Below are positions 58,476 through 64,000 of a stretch of DNA of 64,000 bases, in pieces; the first letter of the stretch is position 1; each line of letters opens with the position of its first letter. A program made the translations under genes and the position numbers. Under the pieces are notes generated by a model. That model was not told where the DNA came from and ran no database searches. It worked only from the letters and a program-made list of their open reading frames with translations. The stretch is taken from the NCBI GenBank assembly GCA_965222605.1, contig OZ244960.1:2080001-2144000 (forward strand), written 5' to 3'. This stretch comes from Candidatus Latescibacterota bacterium (GTDB lineage: Bacteria; Latescibacterota; UBA2968).

Positions 58476-59816
58476 CTAATCAAAAGGCTGCTCCGTGTGA
58501 TAAATCTCCTGATCTGCCTCCAACAGAAACGTACCGTCTGACTGTTTAATCCACTGCGGAACATCGGAGTGACCTTCTTTATTCGGCACAAACCCCATCA
58601 AAATGGGATCTTCTGTCTCCTTGAGAAACGCGGTTAATTGCCGCTCCATATCATCGCGAACCTTTGAAAAACGCGGATCATCTGCAACATTGTTCAACTC
58701 ATACGGATCGTCTGCCAAACTGTAAAGCTCCCGGTCCGGTGCCGGTTTTGAAAAAAGCTCCTGAACAACCTCTCGTCTGTTCTGAAAACGATTCACCCAC
58801 CCATTATCGACATAATTTGGCACCCGCGCAAAGTTGCGAATCAGCTTAAATTGATCCGACCGAACACACCTCATCGGCGTGTAATACCAGTTCCCAGAAC
58901 GCCGCCCCCAGGTTTGCTCGCCAAACACCACAGACCGGCCAGCCCACCCTTCACCGGAAAACAATCCCCGAAAACTCCGACCCAGAATACCATCCGGTTT
59001 CTCCATGCCGCACAAATCCATCAACGTCGGCAGCAGATCCAGGTTGCTAATCAAATCGCCATACACAGTTCCAGCGGCAATCTCAGACGGGTATCTCATA
59101 AGCAAAGCCGTACGGATACCCGCATCATAAAGTGTGTGTTTTGCCCGCGCAGTCGCCACACCGTGTTCGGTAGTAAACACCACAACTGTTTCATCGGCCA
59201 TCCCACTTTCATCAAGTGCATTCAGAATCCGTCCCACTTTTTTATCCAACTCCCCAATCTGCTGACACAACGCGGCGAGATCTTTACGCACTTCCGAACA
59301 ATCGGGCAGATACGGAGGCACAACCATTCTTTCCGCAAGATCTGGATCGTAATCCAGACCAAAAGGTCTATGTACCTCCGTGAAAGAGACCTGCAAAAAA
59401 AAGGGACGCTTGATAGACGGTGCTTCTTCTCGTAAAAAACGCTCGGCCAAAACTTCCACACCTGCCTTCCCTTCCAGCACACGCGCAAATCCCGCCCAGG
59501 ATGGATCATTCAAAATCATCAACCGGTTGCTCAACACCGTCTCATAGCCCGCATCCTGGAAATAACGCGCCATGCACACAGCACCATCATCATAGGGAAA
59601 TTGTCCCAACACACCGATCATGTGCGGCATCTGACTGCAATACAAGCCAACGCGACTGGGAATACAAATGGGTGCCGTCGCGATAAATTGCGAAAACCGG
59701 GCACCCTGAGAAGCCAACCGATCCAGATTTGGCGTTGATACATCAGGCCGGTCATAACAACCGAGCCAATCGCCCAGATCGTGACAGTCGATGAACACTA
59801 CATTGAGTTGTTTCAT
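58476..59816 (-). CDS. Sulfatase (N-sulfoglucosamine sulfohydrolase-like)
   Basis: CHDLG, TPNLDRLA, CIPSR, HRPF, KHTLYDAG, ELYSLADDPYELNN. Confidence 0.92.
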   Translation of the reverse strand: MKQLNVVFIDCHDLGDWLGCYDRPDVSTPNLDRLASQGARFSQFIATAPICIPSRVGLYCSQMPHMIGVLGQFPYDDGAVCMARYFQDAGYETVLSNRLMILNDPSWAGFARVLEGKAGVEVLAERFLREEAPSIKRPFFLQVSFTEVHRPFGLDYDPDLAERMVVPPYLPDCSEVRKDLAALCQQIGELDKKVGRILNALDESGMADETVVVFTTEHGVATARAKHTLYDAGIRTALLMRYPSEIAAGTVYGDLISNLDLLPTLMDLCGMEKPDGILGRSFRGLFSGEGWAGRSVVFGEQTWGRRSGNWYYTPMRCVRSDQFKLIRNFARVPNYVDNGWVNRFQNRREVVQELFSKPAPDRELYSLADDPYELNNVADDPRFSKVRDDMERQLTAFLKETEDPILMGFVPNKEGHSDVPQWIKQSDGTFLLEADQEIYHTEQPFD

Positions 59817-60056
59817 ATTCTGGTTCCTCTATATCATTAAAGAGCGGTGACATATCTCTTTCGGCATATTCATCTGCTCCAAAGCTAACATTTAGAAATT
59901 ATGCACATTTATGCTGCCGTCAATACAAGTCGCTCGGTTGCTAAATAGGCCGTTGTAAACTATTGCTCCATAAGCACAGAGGAAAAAAATAAAATCTCCG
60001 CAAGAATGGGGATTGAAGGTTTTGGCCTCTATATAAAAAAACCTGATTGATCTTCC

Positions 60057-61415
60057 TTAACTCTTTGTGGTCGGAGGAATATGTTTTTCCTCTATTTGGG
60101 TTTGCTGCAGGATTTCATGCAGCAATTTTACCAGTGCAAGACGAGCCTCCAAAGAGTACTGCAAATCTATAAAATAGTCCTTGATTTCAGGCCATTTATT
60201 CTGAAGCATATCGATAGGTCTTGAAGCTTCAATAAGATCCTGAATTTTACCACTTAATCTCTTTTCACGCTCAATAAATCTATTCCAAAAATTCTGTAAA
60301 TTTCCTCCTGAAGGTTGAACAAGCCTAACATCACGGTCAGGGATTCTAATTTTATTGATAATTAAGTCTCGGGTTTGGGGCTTAAGATCAAGCTGTTGTA
60401 GGATATCTTTCATTCTATTTTTGTCCTCAAACAGCCACTGCCAGAGAGACGGTTCTTTAGAATTCTCCAACTCAGCAGTCAGTCGATGCACTTCATAATT
60501 TAATTTTTTATTTTTATTTGTTTTATTTGCCAATTTTCTCTCGATATCTGATTTCATCACGTTTAGGCGCGCTTGGTCTTCCTTTAATCTGGTAACTTCC
60601 TCCTCCAATACAGATAATTCGCCGGATATCGCGTGTTTTTCAGAATCCCATTTGGCTTCACCATCTTTATACTTTTTCTCCCAACCAGCTTCTTTCTCTC
60701 TGAATTCCGTTGTAATATTCTGGATAGTCTGATCTTTCAATGAAATAATCCCACTTAGCTGATCTATTTCTTTTTCTTTCACTTTTATTTCTTTATTCGC
60801 AGTTTTCAACGATTCAGTCTGTTCACCAATTTGCTGTTTTAGCTGCGATATATCTTTCTTGAATTTCACCACTGAACTGGACTGTTCGCTTCGCACAGAT
60901 TTTGAATCGGCTATTTCCATTTCTAAGGGAGTTTCTACTCCCATCAAAACTTCAGCTTGCTCGCCTGTAAAGTTGATTGGACTGAATAATAGAAGAAAGA
61001 TTCTTTCTTTGAGGCCCCATCTTGATGAAAATTCAGTGAATTTTTCATCTGGCAGGGCATATTCATCTGATGCTATATCCCTCGATCCAATCCAATTGTC
61101 ATACTCCTCAGATTGAAAATAATCATCAAGTTTCTCTTTTATCTCTTTCCTACAATAATTCTGATACCAAACCATGAAAAATCTGACCTCAATTGACTCG
61201 GCGAGATCAGCGCGCCTCCTCAAGGCCATTTTCACACTCCGGATACCATGATCCCATAAAACCTTATTCCAATTGAATCCTCCACGTTCAAATTCTTGTC
61301 TCAAAGTTTTGAATTCACGGATAATCCTGACAAAATCGCTCCATTTGACAGAGCGAAAAAGAACTCCCAGTAAACGTTCTCTATCCGGTGAAACTTTAAC
61401 TGCCCCCTCAAACAT
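60057..61415 (-). CDS. Hypothetical protein with long central coiled coil
   Basis: 452-aa AT-rich ORF with a K/E-rich heptad region; 8-nt overlap with the upstream gene. Confidence 0.8.
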   Translation of the reverse strand: MFEGAVKVSPDRERLLGVLFRSVKWSDFVRIIREFKTLRQEFERGGFNWNKVLWDHGIRSVKMALRRRADLAESIEVRFFMVWYQNYCRKEIKEKLDDYFQSEEYDNWIGSRDIASDEYALPDEKFTEFSSRWGLKERIFLLLFSPINFTGEQAEVLMGVETPLEMEIADSKSVRSEQSSSVVKFKKDISQLKQQIGEQTESLKTANKEIKVKEKEIDQLSGIISLKDQTIQNITTEFREKEAGWEKKYKDGEAKWDSEKHAISGELSVLEEEVTRLKEDQARLNVMKSDIERKLANKTNKNKKLNYEVHRLTAELENSKEPSLWQWLFEDKNRMKDILQQLDLKPQTRDLIINKIRIPDRDVRLVQPSGGNLQNFWNRFIEREKRLSGKIQDLIEASRPIDMLQNKWPEIKDYFIDLQYSLEARLALVKLLHEILQQTQIEEKHIPPTTKS

Positions 61416-64000
61416 CGATCTGCAACTCCTTCTGGATGTATTCCCTCAATTGCTGTGAGACAGATTCAATTTTTATTTTAAAAATTGCACCTTGTATTTC
61501 AGAATATTCTTCCATGTAATAATCTTTACCAAGCCTGTGTGGAGCTACTTTTTGTAACAGTTCCAAGGCCTCGAAATAACACTTTCGGCTTCTTAACATT
61601 CCAAGTCGATGTTTTACCCATTGGATGTCCTGCTCCAAGAAAATTTCTCGATTCTCAATAGGCCACTCATACTTTCCATTGAAATCAAGAAGTCGGTATT
61701 CTCTGTTTCTTATAGCAAATGCTTTAGCAATCAAGTATGTCTGTCCCTCAAGACTGTGACTATCAATATCAATTCGAAATTCCTTCTGTGATTTCATTTC
61801 GGGCCTACACCGAAATCGCTTGGCTCCAATGCATTTGCCATCAGCAAGAATGACAAACTCTACGAAGTCAGTAAAAGGGCCCGTAACTCTATTATATCCA
61901 ACAACCTGTCCGAGGGTTAGATGCTTGCGGAAACCTAATTCTTGGAACTCTGTATCAAAATTAATCTGGAAGCCATATGTATCCCATCCATCTTTGAGAC
62001 TGGCCTGTATAATTGGTTTGAATTGTTGCTTTGGTGATGAAATGCTGAACGTTCTAACACCAGGAGAAATTTCTTCAAGTTGTTCTATCTTGCCCTCTGA
62101 ATAAGTTATTTGTCCACTATATTTCGGATTGCTGATGGCAAGAAAGCGAACGGCATCCAGTCTTCTTTGATCAATCACTAATAACTCTGAGATTGTTTGA
62201 TTTATCGTATCCCACACTTTAATTTCCCGGACCATTGGGCAAAGCTCAAACAGCAGTTTTTCTTCAAGATATGGCACATCATAGTTTCTAATAAAACAAG
62301 GATGGTCAATCTGAATTTTACCATTATTTAAAAAAACATTCTGCCGGGCACTGCTGCTTTCAGATTCTTCTGTATCATACAAAAAGATCTGTTTCTCCTC
62401 GGAACCTTGTGCCCATTTTAACTGCAACGAAACAGCCTCTCCCTGCGTCAGGTCAGGAATTCTTGTTGATATTCCCGGGAACAGTACCATACGAACACTA
62501 TCAAATTTTTCCGACTCAACCCCCAGTGAAAGAGTAAGAGCAAAAGGAAACCGGGTTGGATACATGTCAAATCCCGCGAGAGATAAGATATGTTCTAACT
62601 CATCTCCTGACAGCACCAAATTACCATCCTCAACTCTGCCTGATGCACACTTCTTAAAGGGGATATGCACAGCATCTTGATCGTCAATTTCGACAGCCCA
62701 TTGAAGATAACTCTTTTCTGCATCCTCAGGGTTTGGAATAACTAATAGCTCAAAGTCTGTAAGCGTCTTGGCCTGATATGGAGCAAGTTTTACTCCTGCT
62801 GGTGCAGTAGTACGCAACCTTCTCAATTCTAATTCAAGGTCTATAAATCCGTCAAATTTCCAGATGTATTTATCTTCTTTAGAAATACATTTGATATGAT
62901 CTGACAGGGATGTTCCCCGATGCTGGAGTGTTAACATTCGATATTGACCATATACTTCCTCTTTCTCGATCTCAAAATTATGCAGTACCGGTTCAACATT
63001 TAAGGTCTTGGATATAAACAATAAAAGTCGGCCCTGACCACTGGCTATCAATGGATGACCCAGATCACCCTCTGGAATAAGTTTGCCGGGTTTCGACGAG
63101 AAAAGCATTATAGGCTTGAGTTCCAAAGTGCCAAGCTGTCGAACTTCCAATTCTGTTTTTGCAGAGAAATTGTACTTTCCCGGACAAGGATTGGCAAAAA
63201 TTAGATCTCTTAAGTTTACTTTACCATTTCCGTATTTATCAAGACGAACTCTACCAATAGAACGTGTTCTAGAATCAACCGCTATTTCTATTTTTTCCTC
63301 GGAAATTTCTGCATTCTTGAAAGCTACTTTTAGATTTGTGGCATAGAGCCTGAATATCTCGCTCCTCCAATTCCACAGACACCTCAAATGAGGAGAAAAG
63401 TTTACTGTATATTCCCCCTCGTATTTCCCAACTTGCTTACTAGAGGTAAATATCTGAATTGTCGAATAACGGTTTCGTCTTACAAAACCTATATTTCCCG
63501 CAAATTCGCTGTTCAGATACAAAGGTTTTACAAGATCTCTGCGAACTATACCATCAATTTCAGGAGTTATCTCATCTTTCGATTTTAAGAGTAAATAACC
63601 ACCGACACGAATAATTTTGTCGAAAGGCAAGTTTCTAAGCCGTTCCAATCCAAGGGAAAGATCAGGGACACACGTTAAGGTTCCACTTGAATACTTATAA
63701 GAACCATAATAAAACGGATGGCAAGCTTCGCGGGTTCTGCTTGTTCCATCTGGAAGGATTATCTTTTCTTTTTTATCAAGCTCAGCTAACACCGACACGA
63801 AGCGTTTGGGAGTGATAAGAGAAAAAACCTGAATCCATATTTTATGTAGGCGACTTTCATTTCGAATAATTTCTCTCGGATCAATTCCACATTCCTCCTG
63901 GATCAATCGATAATTAGCCTCCACATCGCCTATTTTGAGATCAGGGCTTTTCTCAATAAATGAGACGATACGAACCAGACGTACAATTCTCCTTGAAAAT
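61408..64000 (-). CDS. Large hypothetical protein (partial, 5' end outside the window)
   Basis: Frame stays open from the 63924 GTG to the window edge; >860 aa, AT-rich, no motif recognised. Confidence 0.8.
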   Translation of the reverse strand, partial: FSRRIVRLVRIVSFIEKSPDLKIGDVEANYRLIQEECGIDPREIIRNESRLHKIWIQVFSLITPKRFVSVLAELDKKEKIILPDGTSRTREACHPFYYGSYKYSSGTLTCVPDLSLGLERLRNLPFDKIIRVGGYLLLKSKDEITPEIDGIVRRDLVKPLYLNSEFAGNIGFVRRNRYSTIQIFTSSKQVGKYEGEYTVNFSPHLRCLWNWRSEIFRLYATNLKVAFKNAEISEEKIEIAVDSRTRSIGRVRLDKYGNGKVNLRDLIFANPCPGKYNFSAKTELEVRQLGTLELKPIMLFSSKPGKLIPEGDLGHPLIASGQGRLLLFISKTLNVEPVLHNFEIEKEEVYGQYRMLTLQHRGTSLSDHIKCISKEDKYIWKFDGFIDLELELRRLRTTAPAGVKLAPYQAKTLTDFELLVIPNPEDAEKSYLQWAVEIDDQDAVHIPFKKCASGRVEDGNLVLSGDELEHILSLAGFDMYPTRFPFALTLSLGVESEKFDSVRMVLFPGISTRIPDLTQGEAVSLQLKWAQGSEEKQIFLYDTEESESSSARQNVFLNNGKIQIDHPCFIRNYDVPYLEEKLLFELCPMVREIKVWDTINQTISELLVIDQRRLDAVRFLAISNPKYSGQITYSEGKIEQLEEISPGVRTFSISSPKQQFKPIIQASLKDGWDTYGFQINFDTEFQELGFRKHLTLGQVVGYNRVTGPFTDFVEFVILADGKCIGAKRFRCRPEMKSQKEFRIDIDSHSLEGQTYLIAKAFAIRNREYRLLDFNGKYEWPIENREIFLEQDIQWVKHRLGMLRSRKCYFEALELLQKVAPHRLGKDYYMEEYSEIQGAIFKIKIESVSQQLREYIQKELQIDV

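Overview
Bacterial DNA from a heterotroph, probably FCB group. GWxTD, PorV and TonB-receptor genes plus many sulfatases and PhyH-type dioxygenases suggest a Latescibacterota/Gemmatimonadota-like, possibly host-associated organism (inference only). The left half holds carbohydrate/sulfate catabolic operons (sulfatases, ASST, GH29, GH32, enolase-family dehydratase, TPP enzymes), three complete toxin-antitoxin pairs, an IS256 with an 8-bp TSD and an SSB carrying a C-terminal DksA/TraR-type zinc finger. The centre has three related AlbA_2/RecG-C-like gene copies (intact, MITE-disrupted, remnant). Each is followed by a different 9-, 10- or 11-bp tandem array. One array is split by an IS982 that itself carries a MITE in its right end. 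After tRNA-Val(GAC) lies a decayed integrative island: an internally deleted integrase, an excisionase, an IS701 relic with two tiny palindromic inserts, and helicase and CoA-transferase fragments. Next come a TBDR / CTD-protein / PorV triad, a mosaic of gene scraps, more catabolic genes and two AT-rich unknown genes running off the right edge. Many genes are fused or internally deleted at abrupt junctions. No CRISPR array or rRNA was seen. All product calls come from motif recognition by eye; no database searches were run.
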